A stretch of DNA of 64,000 nucleotides from NCBI GenBank assembly GCA_014905635.1, contig JABVCE010000005.1:1302001-1366000 (forward strand), read 5' to 3'. Positions 13,799-25,251 of the stretch are shown one piece after another. The notes beneath the pieces were generated by a model that saw nothing but the letters and a program-made list of their open reading frames with translations, had not been told where the DNA came from and did not search any database. The position numbers were made by a program, and so were the translations under genes. Source of the DNA: Scenedesmus sp. PABB004. Lineage: Eukaryota. Positions within the stretch are counted from its first letter, which is position 1. The number at the start of each line of letters is the position of its first letter.

Positions 13799-16476
13799 TC
13801 AGAACTTGTACGCGTCCTCGCGCTTTGACCGCTTCCACTTGCCCGGCCCCCGCACGGCCATAGCGAGTATTGACAGGCCCATGACGGCCATGAGCATGTA
13901 GAGGAAGATGTTGAACTGGTAGATGTAGCGCAGGCCCTTCAGGAACATGACCTGCACACGGGACAGGCCGGGGCCCGCCGCGCGGCGGCGGTGGCGATTC
14001 GCGCGCGGCGTGACCGCGCGGCGGAGTGTCCGCGGCGGACCGTGCGCAGGGCGGCGGCTGAGGAGGGCAGGCGCCTGGAAGCGGCGCGCGCACGCGCCTG
14101 GGAGCCGAAGACGTCGAAGATGTGCGTCGAGCTCGCGTACGAGGCAAACGCGCTCGCCGCAAACTGGATGACCGCGCCCGCCATGGCCAGGATGAGCGCG
14201 GTGTTGACCAGGAAGCTGCTCATGAGCGTTGCGCCGGGGCGGATGGGGTACAGGCTCACCACCAGCAGGTTGAGCCCGAGCAGGAAGTTGCCCTTGATCG
14301 CGACCGCTGCGGCGCGCGCGGGGGGCAATGTTGTTGTGTGGGGAGGTGGAGGGCGGGCGGCTGCAGAGGGGGGGAGAGTGCGCACCGCGCAGCACAGCAC
14401 ACAGCGGGCGTGCGCACCCATGAGGTACGCGCAGAACGCGGCAAACGCGGCGACGCCAAAGAGCGGGAACACGCCGTCCAGCTTGATGAACACCTGCACG
14501 CGGCGCGGTGCAATGCGGGGGGCTCGCAAACACACACAAGTGCTCGCACGGCGTGCCGGCGCCGCCCCCCTCGGCGCCGCGCGCGCCTCGTTGAGCAGCG
14601 GGTGGATGGGCACCGGGGGCAGCATGTACACGATGATGTGTGCCAGCCACGCGCCCGACACGGCCAGCCCCACCACGCCCATGAGCCCCGTCAGCAGGTA
14701 GCCCAGCTGGTACAGCACCCAACGCACCTCGCCGTCCTGGCCCTGCGCCACGGGGGCGCCGGTACCAGCGGCGGCGGCGGTGCAGCTCGGCGCCAGGCCC
14801 GCAGGCCGGCGACCGCGCGGCGCAGCGCGCACAGCGCGGCGCAGCGCGGCGCGCACGCGCCTGGGGGAAGACGCTGTCCAGGACCACCTCGTCCTCCTCC
14901 AGCTCCAGCAGCTGCCGCTGCAGCTGCCGCAGGTTGCCGCGCCAGTGTCGCGTGCGGCCAGCCTCGCGCTCCTGGCGCTTGAGCATGTCGGCCGTCGTCT
15001 GCGTCGCAGGCGGCGGCGGCGGCGGGCGTGACGGCCGCCCCGCAACCAGCCCTCCCCCTCCCATCCCGCCACGGGGGCCTCGCCGCCCATCGCCCGCTGG
15101 CGCGCGCGCCTTGATGTCCTTGGCCCGCATCGCCAGGCCGCGCGCGCGCTCAATGAACTCGCTCTTGCTGATGACCGTCTTGGGGCGGCGCAGGTACTGG
15201 AACAGCCAGTCGAGCGGCGCGGCGAAGAAGCCCCACCCCGCAAACACGAGGAACAGCACCCAGCCTGCGCGCGCACGCGGAGCGCGGCGGGGCGCGGGGC
15301 GCTCGGGCGAGCGCGCTGCGGTCGCCGCTGCGTGCCCGCAGCCCCGCCCCGCCGCGCCCGAGCCCGCGCGCCGCACCCATGACCGACTGCACGGCCATGA
15401 TGTAGACCGCGAGCGACACGCGCAGCGTCCAGGTCTTGGCCACAAAGCTGCCGCCGACGGCGTCGCACTGCGCGCGGCGGCGGGTGGCGCGCGGCGCTCG
15501 CGCGCAGCGCCGCGGCGCCGCCGGCGGGTCGCGGCCGTGTCACGGGGCGGCGCCGCACCGCGGTGGTGCGCGTGGCGTTGGCGGCGGCAAAGCCGGCAAA
15601 GCCCTGCCCCGGCACGATGCAGCGCGTGTCGAAGCTCGCCAGGCGCTGCAGCGCGTCCAGCGGCAGCAGCCCGCTGGTCAGCTCCTGCACCGGGTACTCC
15701 ACGTACCCCGCCAGCCCTGCGCGCGCGGCGGCCACGGAGGGGCCGAAGGCAGGGTCACGCGGGTGGGCCGCCACCGCCTGCCGCCCCTGCTGCCGCCGCT
15801 GCCGCTGCCGCCGCTGCGGCTGCCGCTGCCGCTGCCGCTGCCGCCTTCGCTGCCGGCGCCCTGGGCCCGCACCGTACGCGACGCCGATGGCCAGGCCCAG
15901 CACCAGGGCCATGGCCGCCGTCCACAGCAGCGCGTTCTTGATGCGGAGCCCGCAGGAGCTGCGGGCGCAGCGCCGCAGCGCGCGGTCAACGGCGCGCGGC
16001 AGCACCGGCCGCCCCCGCCAGCGCCAGCGCCGCAGCGCGCCAGCGCCGCAGCGCGCCAGCGCCGCAGCGCCCCAGGACGCACGCCCGCTGCCCCGGGATG
16101 CTCCACCCCCCACGCACTAGTCGCTGTCGCCCTCGTAGAAGAAGAGGGTGAAGGGGATGAAGAAGAAGGTCATCACCAGGTTGGCTATGAACACCGCCTG
16201 CCACAGCTGACGCATGGGGAGCGTGAAGACGCAGCTGCTCTCCACCAGGGCGGAGCTGCAGGCCGCGCGGTTGGCCACGTCGAGCGGGAAGAGCAGGACC
16301 ATCGCCATCGCGAGCCACAGGCCCAGCACCACCACGCCCTTGGGGAACCAGGCCTGGTTGGCGTCATCGGGGTGCTGGTAGTGCACCAGCACGTACACGT
16401 TCACCGCCAGCAGCAGCAGCGACAGCGCGACCGTGAGCAGGATGAGGAACCAGTTGAAGCCCTCCGGCAGCGCCAT
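13799..16476 (-). CDS. LIMR / LMBR1-like multi-pass membrane protein
   Basis: MALPEGFNWFLILL...VHYQHPDDANQAWFPK...LFPLDVANR...FIPFTLFFYEGDSD; later PIRPGATLMSSFLVN; many TM segments. Confidence 0.9.
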
Positions 16477-16937
16477 CTGGCCGCCCCGGGGGCTCGGGAG
16501 AGGATCGACTAGCGCAGGAGCGCAGCGGCCGGGCCAGGGCGGGCTGCCATCGCGGCGCGGCGCGGCGCGGCGGCACGGCGGCGCGGCGCCGCGTGCGCGC
16601 GTGCTGTGTGGCGGCTGGGCGGCTGGGGGGCGGCGTGATGCGCGGGAGGTTGAGCGCGCGAGATGCTCAAGCGAGAGGAGGCTCGACTGAGCAGCGGCGC
16701 TGTCGGTTGAAAAATGACGGCGCGCCCGTTGACCGCGCGCGCCGCCGCCAGCGCGCGCCGCCGCGGCTGCCACGCCCGCCGCCCGCACAGCTCCATGCCT
16801 TGCGCCTCCGATCCATGCCCCTGCAGCGCCGCCGTCGCTCGCTGTACACGCCGCGCCGTGCCCGCGACTGCGCGGCGCGCCGCCCCGGCCCCCTGTGCAC
16901 TGACCGCCCCCCTGCCCCCGATGCGCATCCCTGCTCC

Positions 16938-19557
16938 TCACACGGTGCAGCAGAGCTTTGAGTCGATGCTCGACAGCGCTGCGGGCGTGCGCGGCCGCGG
17001 CGTCAGCCCCTGCCGCGGGCGCGCCGCTGCCGCGGGCGTTGCCGCTGCCGTGCGCGCGCCGCGGGCGTCGCCGCACCGAGCGCAAAGGCCTGCAGCGCCG
17101 AGACGGGGTAGCTGAAGTCGGCTGCGTACTCGCCGTGCCCGCGCTTGCCAAAGAGCAGCACGAGGTCGGACCCGAGCGCGTTGGCGTTGTGGTCCCAGCC
17201 GACGAGCTGGAAGTTTTTGAGGCTCGTCCGCGTCACGCGGCCCTTGAAGTCCAGGTAGTGGACTGGCGCGGGACGGCGGGATGGCGGGACGGCGGGACGG
17301 CGGGACGGCGGCCAGGGCTCAGGTGGTTTGCTCGCGGCCCCGGCGGCGGCGAGCGCGGGCCCAGCGCAGCGCGCGGGACCAGCGCCGGCGCCGCGCGCGC
17401 ACCCTGCTTCAGCGCGTCAAAGTGCGTCGGCATGGTGTGCAGCATCACCAGGTCGCGCTCGTACGCCGGCGGCAGCTCGCGCGCGCGCGCCGCCTCGAGG
17501 CAGGCGCTCAGGTCGTCCAGGGGGCCGCCGGTCGGCGCCGCGCCGCCGCTCCAGGCCTGTGCGCGAGAGCGGCGCGGCGCGTCGGCGCGAGCGCCGCGCG
17601 CGCGCAGCCCGCACGGCCACACCCGGGCCGCGCGCACCCGCGACTCGGGCACGGGCAGCGCGGCGGTCATGCAGCGCGGCGCGGCCTGGGCGGCGGCGCC
17701 CGCGGACTGGTAGTTGACCGCCAGCAGCTGCGCGCCAAAGCCCCCGTGCACGCCCGCGTCGCCGCCGCGGCCGTGCAGCAGGTAGTCGCTGCCCAGCAGG
17801 TTGGCCTTGAGCTGCACGCGCGCGCGCGAGGCGCCGCGCCGCGCGTCAGCCGCGCCGTGCCGCCCGCGCTACGCGCACGCAGCGCTGCGCCGCGCCGCCG
17901 CGCCTTTGCGACGAGCTGCGCGTCGCCGCGCGTGACGGCGGACGCGAGTGGCCCCGCGCTGATGAGGTAGCTGCTCCGCGCGCTCTTGACCCGCCGCCGC
18001 GCGACCGCGAGCAGCTCGTCCGTCGCCTCCAGCCGCAGCTCGTAGGCCGAACCGCCCACGCCGAGGGGGCCGGCGACGCGGCGGACGTAGCACTGCACCG
18101 CGCCGCCGCTCGGGCCGGGCAGGCTCAGCGCGCCCGCGCGGTCGCCGCGCGCGCTCGCCGCCGCAAACGCCGCCTGCCACTCCGCGGCGGTGCGCGGCGC
18201 GCTGCCGGCGTGCCCCGACGCGAGCAGCCGCGTGGCGGCGGGAGCGCACGGGCTCGCCGCCGCGCCGCCAGCCGCGCCCGGCGCCGCGGTCGCGACCACG
18301 ACGCCGCCGCGCGGCGGCGCCGCCTCCGCCTCGGGCTCGCGGAAGGCCTGCACCGCGGTGCCGCTGGGGCCGGCGGCGCCCGCGCCCCCGCCGGTGCTGC
18401 GGGCAGCGGCCAGCGATGGCGGCCAGTGGCGGCGTGAGCGGGCGCGCCGGCGCAAGCGTGCGCAGCGTGCGCAGCGCGGGGCCGCTCACAGGCGCTCCTT
18501 GAGGCGGCCAATGCCGCCCGACGCCGGCACGTCGCGGCCGCTGCCGCTGCTGGGGCGGCTGCCGGCGGGCGAGGCGGTGCCGCTGGCAAGCATGAGGTTG
18601 TTGACCTGCGCAACAAACGGCTGCCCCCCGCCCGGCGCCGGCGAGGCGTGGCGGCTGCGGTCAAAGCTGCCGCCGCCGCCGCCGAGCGCGCGGCCGCCGC
18701 CGCCGGGCGGCGGTGCCGGGCCCGCCGTGGAGGCCTCGCCGCCGCCGCGGCCGCCCACGCCCGAGCTGCTGCGCGGACGCGGGCTGCTGCTCGGGTTGTG
18801 CAGGGCGTCGAGCTCGGCGGCCTCGCGCTCCAGCGCCTCGGCCGGCGTCAGGCGCACCGGCCCGGCGGCCGCGCCCGCCACTGCGGCGCGCGCGGCGCGC
18901 GGAGAGCACGGGCGGCGGTTGGCGCGCGGGCGGCCGCTCGCCGCGCGCGGCGCGCTGCGCAGCTCCGCGCGACGCGGAGTGCTGCCCGCGCGCGCACCCG
19001 GGCGCTTGGTGGGCGTCCACGAGCGCGGCGCCGGCGCTTCCAGTGATGGCACCGCCGGCGGCGCGGGCGCGCGGAAGGCGGCCGGCGCGCTGACCAGCGG
19101 CGCCGCCGGCGGCGGCGCGGGCGCCCGGAAGGCGGCCGGCGCGCTGACCAGCGCTGGCGCCGCCGGCGGCTCGGCGCGCAGGCTGAAGCCGGGCGGCTGT
19201 CCGGGCGCCCGGGGCGCCGCGTGTGCGACGGTGACGGCGAGGACCTGCTTGGCCTCGGGCAATGGAGCCTGCGCCGGCGGCGTGCGCAACCGCGCCTGCT
19301 GCGCGAGGCTGCCGGGCGGCGGCGCCGGCGCGGGCGCGCCGCCGCCGCTGCCCGGGCGCTCGGCGACGGAGCCGTTGCCGCTGCCTCCCTGTGGTGTGTG
19401 ACGGTGGTGAGTGAGTTGGCTGCAGGCCGGGGCGCCGCAGACGGCTGGCGGGCACGGTGCCGCGGGCGGCGCGCAGGAGCCAGCGCTCGGCCTCCCAGCG
19501 CCGCGACCAGCTCACCCCGACCCGGGAGCGCTGCCGCGCAGGCGCAGGGGCGCTCAT
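16938..19557 (-). CDS. Tubby-domain protein with low-complexity N-terminus
   Basis: VQCYVRR...AVARRRVKSARSSYLIS, KLKANLLGSDY, YLDFKGRVTRTSLKNFQL, LLFGK...DFSYPVSALQAF...LSSIDSKLCCTV*; 5' end uncertain. Confidence 0.85.
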
Positions 19558-19953
19558 GTCGGCTGTCGCGAGCTCAGGCGCCGCTCAGGGTCGCCAAGCG
19601 CGTCGGCGCGCACGGCGGCGGCGCCGCTGTCTTGGCCAGCCCGCTCAGAGCGGGCCAGGCGTCGCTGGCCGGCGCGCCCAGAGCTCTGCCGAGCTGACAC
19701 ACGTCAAACTACGCGCCCGCGACGTTGGAGCGCGACGCAAGCAGTAAGCGCTTGCTGCTGCGCGTGCCGCCCCGGCTGCGGCGGGTGCGCGCTTGGCTGC
19801 TGGTGCTGCGGCTGCTGCTGGGGCGGGGTCGCTGGCAGTGACGGGGGGCGCGCCTGAGCGCGGAGGGGGCATCCGCCGCGCGCTACAGCCAAACGCGCGC
19901 CGCCGGCTGCAGCGCGCTGCGTTTTTTCCAGCGCTGCGCCGCCCAGCGCGCGC

Positions 19954-21686
19954 TCAATCGTCGTCCTCGACGGCCTCAAAGTCGCTCTCCTCCTCCTCGC
20001 TCGCGTCCTGCGCCTCCGCCTCGGCCTCCTCCTCCGCCTCCTGCTCGCGCGCGATCTCGGCGTCGTCTGGCTCGCTGGCGCCGCCGTCGTCGTCGCCCGG
20101 CGGCGGGCCGCAGCTGCCCGCCGAGCCGCTGCCGTTGCGCGGCTTGGCGGCCTTCTTCTTCTTGCCGGCGCCGGCGCCCGCGTTGGCCTTGGGCGGCGGC
20201 GCGGGCTTGTCGTCGTCGTCGTCGTCGCTGCCCCCGCGCTCGGCTCGCCCTCGTCCTCGCTGCCGCTGCTGCTGCCGCTGGCGTCCGGCTCGTCGCTGCT
20301 CGCCGCCGGGCGCTTGGCACCCTTCCGCTGCTTCTGCTGCCCGGCGCCGCGCTTCTTGCCGCCCGGCTTGCGCCCGGCGGGCGCGTCGTCGTCCGAGCCC
20401 GTCAGCTCCTCGTCGGAGCCGCTGCCGCTGCTCGAGGCGTCCTCCTCCTCCTCCTCGCTGCTCTCCTCCTCAGAGTCGGAGCCCTTCTTGAGGATGGCCC
20501 TGCGCGCACGCGGCGGCAGGGGTCGGGCGCGCCCGCGCGCGGGCGCCCGCGCGCGCCTGCAAGCTTGCAGGAGCGCCCGTGCGCGCGCCGCAGCCGCCGC
20601 CGCCGCCGCGGCGCCGCGCCACCGCGCCGCCGCGCCGCCGCGCCCGCGCGCGCGCGCACTTGAAGTTGACGGCCGCCGCCGCGCGCCGCGTGGGCCGGCC
20701 GCCGTCGGCGGCGATGATGTTGCCGGCGTCGATGCCCTCCAGGTCCTTGTTGCGCTCGATGCGCGCGCGCGCACGCCCAATCGCGCCCGCGTCGCTGTCC
20801 GCGTCGAGGCCGTGCTTCGCCAGCAGCGCGCCTAGCGCGGCCGCCACCGCGGCGTCGCCCTTGTTCTGCGCGGCGCGGCGGCGGCGGCGCGGCGGCGGTG
20901 GCGCGGCGTGGGCCGCGGCTGCGGCGGCGGGCACGCCGGCGCGGGGTGCGGGGCCGTGTTGTCGTGTGCAGCGGCGGGTCACCTTGACGTAGAGCGCCGG
21001 GCCCACGGTGATGCCGGCGGCTTTGCAGATGCGCTGCAGCTTCTGGACCTTGGGGCCGTGCTTGGGCGCCGGCGCGGCGGCGGCGCCCTCGCCCTTGCCG
21101 CGCCGCGCCGGCGCGGAGGCGGGCGCGCGGGCGGGCTTCTTCTTGGCAGGCCGCCGCGCCTCCTCCTCGTCCTCCTCGCCCTCCTCGTCCGCGCCGCCGC
21201 CGTCCCCGTCGTCGTCGTTGTCGACGTCCGCCGCCGGGCGCTTCTTGGCGGCCTTGCCGCCGCCCGCGGCGCCGGCCTTCTTGGCGCCCGCCGCCGCCTG
21301 CGCCAGCACGATCTGCGGCCGGCGGCGGGGCGCGCTGCGTCGGCGGCGGCCCGGCGCGGCTCGGTGGTCGCCGCTCGCTGCCGCACACGCCGCCGCACCG
21401 TGTCGACCAGGCGCGCCACGACGTCCTTCTGCTCGTCCAGGCTCTTTTGCTCCAGCCCCAGGTCGCTCTCCACGATGCGGCGCACCCGCTTGAGGCTCAG
21501 CGTCCTGCGGCGTCGGCGGTCGGCGGCGCCGGTCGTGCGTGAGCAGCGGCGTGGCGGCAGCCCGCACTCCGCGACGCATCAGGGTGCCGCCGGCGCCGAT
21601 GACGCGGCCACGCACTCCTTCTGCTCGAAGAACTCGCCGGCGCGGGCCTTGATGGCCGCAGCGATGCGGCGCTCGTCCGCCGCCAT
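19954..21686 (-). CDS. HIRIP3-like acidic histone-chaperone protein (DEK-C-like N-terminus, CHZ-like motif)
   Basis: MAADERRIAAAIKARAGEFF...LSLKRVRRIVESDLGL; KVQKLQRICKAAGITV; KDLEGIDAGNII...RPTRRAA; acidic tail; apparent 1-nt frameshift near 20231. Confidence 0.7.
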
Positions 21687-21903
21687 CGCTCGAACGCGCC
21701 GGCGCCGGCGCGGGCGGGGCGCGAGCGTGCGCTGCGTGTGCGTGCGCGGTGAGTGGGCGCGCGGTGAGTGCGTGCCGCATGGCGCGTCGCGGGACGCACC
21801 GGCGGCGCAGTCGGCGCGCGCGGTTTGAGTTTTCCCGCGCGCCGAGCGCCGCCGAACACTGCCTCCTCCGCCGCCGCCTCCCGCGCAGCCCCGCCGCACC
21901 GCC

Positions 21904-23512
21904 ATGCTGCTCGCCGCGCGCCGCCTGCGAGCCGCCGCCGGCACCGCGGCGCGGCGGCAGCGGCGCGGCAGCAGCAGCGGCGGCGGCGCCAAGGCCATGG
22001 CGGCGGACGAGCAGCCCACCACGCAGCCCACCACGCAGCCCAAGGCCATGGCGCAGCCCACCACGCAGCTCAGTGAGTTCACGCAGCGGCAGCTCGAAAG
22101 CGGCGTGATAGACTTCTCGGCCGGCCAGCCGGGGCCGCCGCTCCTGCGCGCTGCCATGGACATCGTCGCCGCGGCCTCGGCGCACCGCTTCGCCGGCCCC
22201 GCGGCGGACCCCTTCCTGCTGCAGTACGGCCCGGAGGCGGGCTACGCGTCGTTCCGCGCGAGCCTGGCGGCCTTCCTGAGCGAGGCGAGCGGCGCGGCGG
22301 TAGACCCCGAGGAGCTCCTGGTCACCGCGGGCGTGTCGCACGGCCTCGACCTCGCCGCGCGGCAGCTGGCGTCGCCCGGCGACGTCGTGCTGGTGGAGCA
22401 GCCGACGTACTTCCTCGCCGGCGCCATCCTGCGCCAGGCGGGGCTGCAGCTGGTGAGCGGCCAAGGGCGCCGCGCACGCCGCGCGCGCCGCGTGCGCTGC
22501 GGCGCGCGGCGCCGCGCGCCGCGCGCGCTGCACGCGGGCACCGCACGCGCTGCCCACAGGTGCCGGTGCCGACGTGCGCGCACGGGCTGGACGTGGCCGC
22601 GCTCGAGGAGCTGCTCGCGGCGCGGCGCGCCGCCGGCGCCGCGCCGCCGGCGCTGCTCTACACGATCCCGGTGCACAACAACCCCACCGGCGCCACGCTG
22701 CCGGCGCGCGAGCGCGAGCGGCTCGTGCGCCTCGCGCGCACGCATGGCTTCACCATCCTCGCTGACGAGGTGTACCAGCTCCTCACCTTCCCCGACGCCC
22801 CGCCGCCGCCGCTGCCGCTGCGCGCGGTCGAGGCGGACCTGCTGGCGCGCGGCGGAGCCACCGGCGCCGGCCGCCCCGAGCCGCGCGTAGTGTCGCTGGG
22901 GTCGTTCAGCAAGATCCTGGCGCCCGGCATGCGCCTGGGGTGCGGCCGGCAGCCCGGCGGCCGCCGCGCGGCGCCCGGCGCACGCACACACGGCCGCGGG
23001 CCCTGGGCCCACGCGCGCCCGACGCCGCGCCCCGCAGGTGGATGGAGGCGGCACCGGGCGTGCTGCGCCGCGTGCGCCGCGACGGCGTTCTCGGCTCAGG
23101 CGGCTCCATCGCGCCGCTCGCGAGCGGCATCGCGCACAGCGCCCTGGAGCTGGGACTGCTTTCTGCCGCGCTGCGCGACGTGGTGCGGCCGGCGCTCGCG
23201 CAAGGCTGCGCCGCGCTGTGCGAGGCGCTCGCGGCGCACCTGCCGGGCGCGGCGTTTGAGGCCCCTCATGGAGGGTACTTTGTCTGGGTGACGCTCCCGC
23301 GGGGCGTGTGCGCGCGCGAGCTGCTCGCGCTCGCGGCGGCGCGCCACGGCGTGCGCTTCGTCCCGGGCGCCGTGTGCGAGGGCGGCGACGCGCACGCGGG
23401 CAGCCTGCGGCTGAGCTTCGCGTTCTATGCGCCAGACGAGCTGCGGGCGGGCGTGGCGCGCCTCGCGGCCGCGCTTGCGGAGTACGAGGCCGGCGGCCGC
23501 GCGCCCAGCTGA
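21904..23512 (+). CDS. Class I/II PLP-dependent aminotransferase (Aro8/MocR-like), 3 exons
   Basis: IDFSAGQP, LQYGPEAG, VEQPTYFLA, YTIPVHNNPTG, ADEVYQLL, SLGSFSKILAPGMRLGW, PHGGYFVWV, LRLSFAFY. Confidence 0.9.
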
Positions 23513-23597
23513 GCTGACCGCGGCTGCCTGAGCGGCAAGGCGGGTTGCGCGGGCCCGCGCCCGCAGTTGCAGTTGCGCCCCTGTTGCAACGACCGCC

Positions 23598-24011
23598 TCA
23601 GCGGCCGCCCAGCACGGCGAGGTCCAGGGAGCGCGGCGCCGCGCGCGACGCGTGCGCCTGACGCTCGGGCGCCGCCCCCGCCCCTTCCTCTTGCGCCGCC
23701 ACCACCGCACGGCTCGCGCGCGCGACGGCCGGCGCGCGCGGTGGCAGCTGGCGGGCGCGGGGAGGCGCCGGGCTGGCGGCGTCGGCGCCGGGCGACGCTG
23801 CGTCGGCCGCCGACGCCGCGCCTGCGTCGCCATGTGCCGCGCCAAGGATGAGCAGGTCGATGCTGCCGCGCGCCGCCAGCCGCGCGCGCTTAGCCGCCGG
23901 TGCGGTCGGCGCGGGCTGCGGCGGCTGCGCCTGCGGCGGTGGCAGGCCGCCGCCCAGGCGCTGCTGGGACAGGTCCAGGAGCTTGCGCGAGCCGCCGCGC
24001 CACGAAAGCAT
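23598..24011 (-). CDS. Hypothetical small protein (137 aa)
   Basis: Open frame MLSWRGGSRKLLDL...SLDLAVLGGR* in an otherwise unexplained gap; no recognised domain. Confidence 0.3.
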   Translation of the reverse strand: MLSWRGGSRKLLDLSQQRLGGGLPPPQAQPPQPAPTAPAAKRARLAARGSIDLLILGAAHGDAGAASAADAASPGADAASPAPPRARQLPPRAPAVARASRAVVAAQEEGAGAAPERQAHASRAAPRSLDLAVLGGR

Positions 24012-25251
24012 CGCGCCCAGCTCAGTTGAGGCTGAGCTGGGGGAGCTCCCCGCTGCGCCGCCGTGCGGCGGCTGCGGCGCGGCGGGCCGCAGCGGCGGCG
24101 GTGGCGGCTGGCGCACGTGCGCTGGCGCCCGCTGCTGCGGCGGCCTGCGGCTGCGTGCCTGGCCGCGACTGTCCGCGCATGCCACGAACGACGCGCTTGC
24201 TGCAGGCGGGGGGGGGCGTGAGGATCGATCGCGCGGCGGTTGGCAGTTGTGAACCGCCGGCGGTTGTGAACTGTCGTGCTGCCGCGGCGCTGCCAGACTC
24301 GCAGGACGCACGGACGCGCGCGGGACGCTCGCAGGACGCGTTACCCGCGGGAGAGGGGGCAAGTTCACGTCGCAGCGCGCGCGCGGCGCGCCGCAAATCG
24401 GCGGCGGCCTGCGCGAGACGAGAGCAAGCGCAAGACCCCCTGATCGTACATGTGCAGCGCCGGGGCTGGCGTCGGCCGCCGGCGTCAGCAAAACACCGCC
24501 ACACAACACGCGCGCGGCCGCAGCTGCACTCGCTCACACCGCAGCACGCACACACGATGGCGCGCGCGAGGCGCGGGCGCGCCCCACAGAGAGCGCGCCG
24601 CCGCCGCCGCGCCGCCGCCGCGACCAGCCCAGCGCAGCGCCTGCTCTCCGGCGTCGACGCCAGGGGGCGCGCGCGCGCTCGGGGCAGAGGGTGCTGCCGG
24701 GCGCCCGTGCCCGCCGCAGTCGCCGCCCGCCGTGCCCGCTGGGGCCGCAGTGCTCCCCGCTAGCCTATACACAGCCTGACCTAGCCACTGCAGCACCCCT
24801 GCACAGCCCCCGCGCGGCCGTGTGCTGCGGGGGGCCGCGCACGCAGCGCCAGTGCAGTCCCGTTGCGCAGCCCGGCGCCGCAGCTGCCTCGCTGGCGACG
24901 CAGCAACAGAGTGATTCGGTTGCGGTGCGCCGCGCGCGTTGATTCCTGCTCGAAATAGGTTCTCCTGGGCGCGCGCAGGCGCCGGGGGCGGGCTGCCGCC
25001 CGGGCCGGCGCCCGCCGCCGCCATGAAAACTCGCCGGGCCGCTCCTCCTGCTGCAGCCCCCTGTCCAGCATCCTGCCTGCCTGCCTCAAGCCTCACCGCG
25101 CCCCGCCGCGGGCGGCGCGGCGCCGGCGCGCCGCTGCACCTGCAGCCGCCGCCGGCGCCGCCGCCCGCCCGCCCGCGGGCGCCGCGCCGCGCCGCCCCGC
25201 CCCGCCGCCGGCGCACGGGCGCCCGCGGCGGCGGCGGGCGGCACGCCGCGC

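Noticed and set aside
24485..25090. Possible additional small gene downstream of the O-fucosyltransferase
   Set aside because: No recognisable domain or convincing splice structure; may be UTR or intergenic
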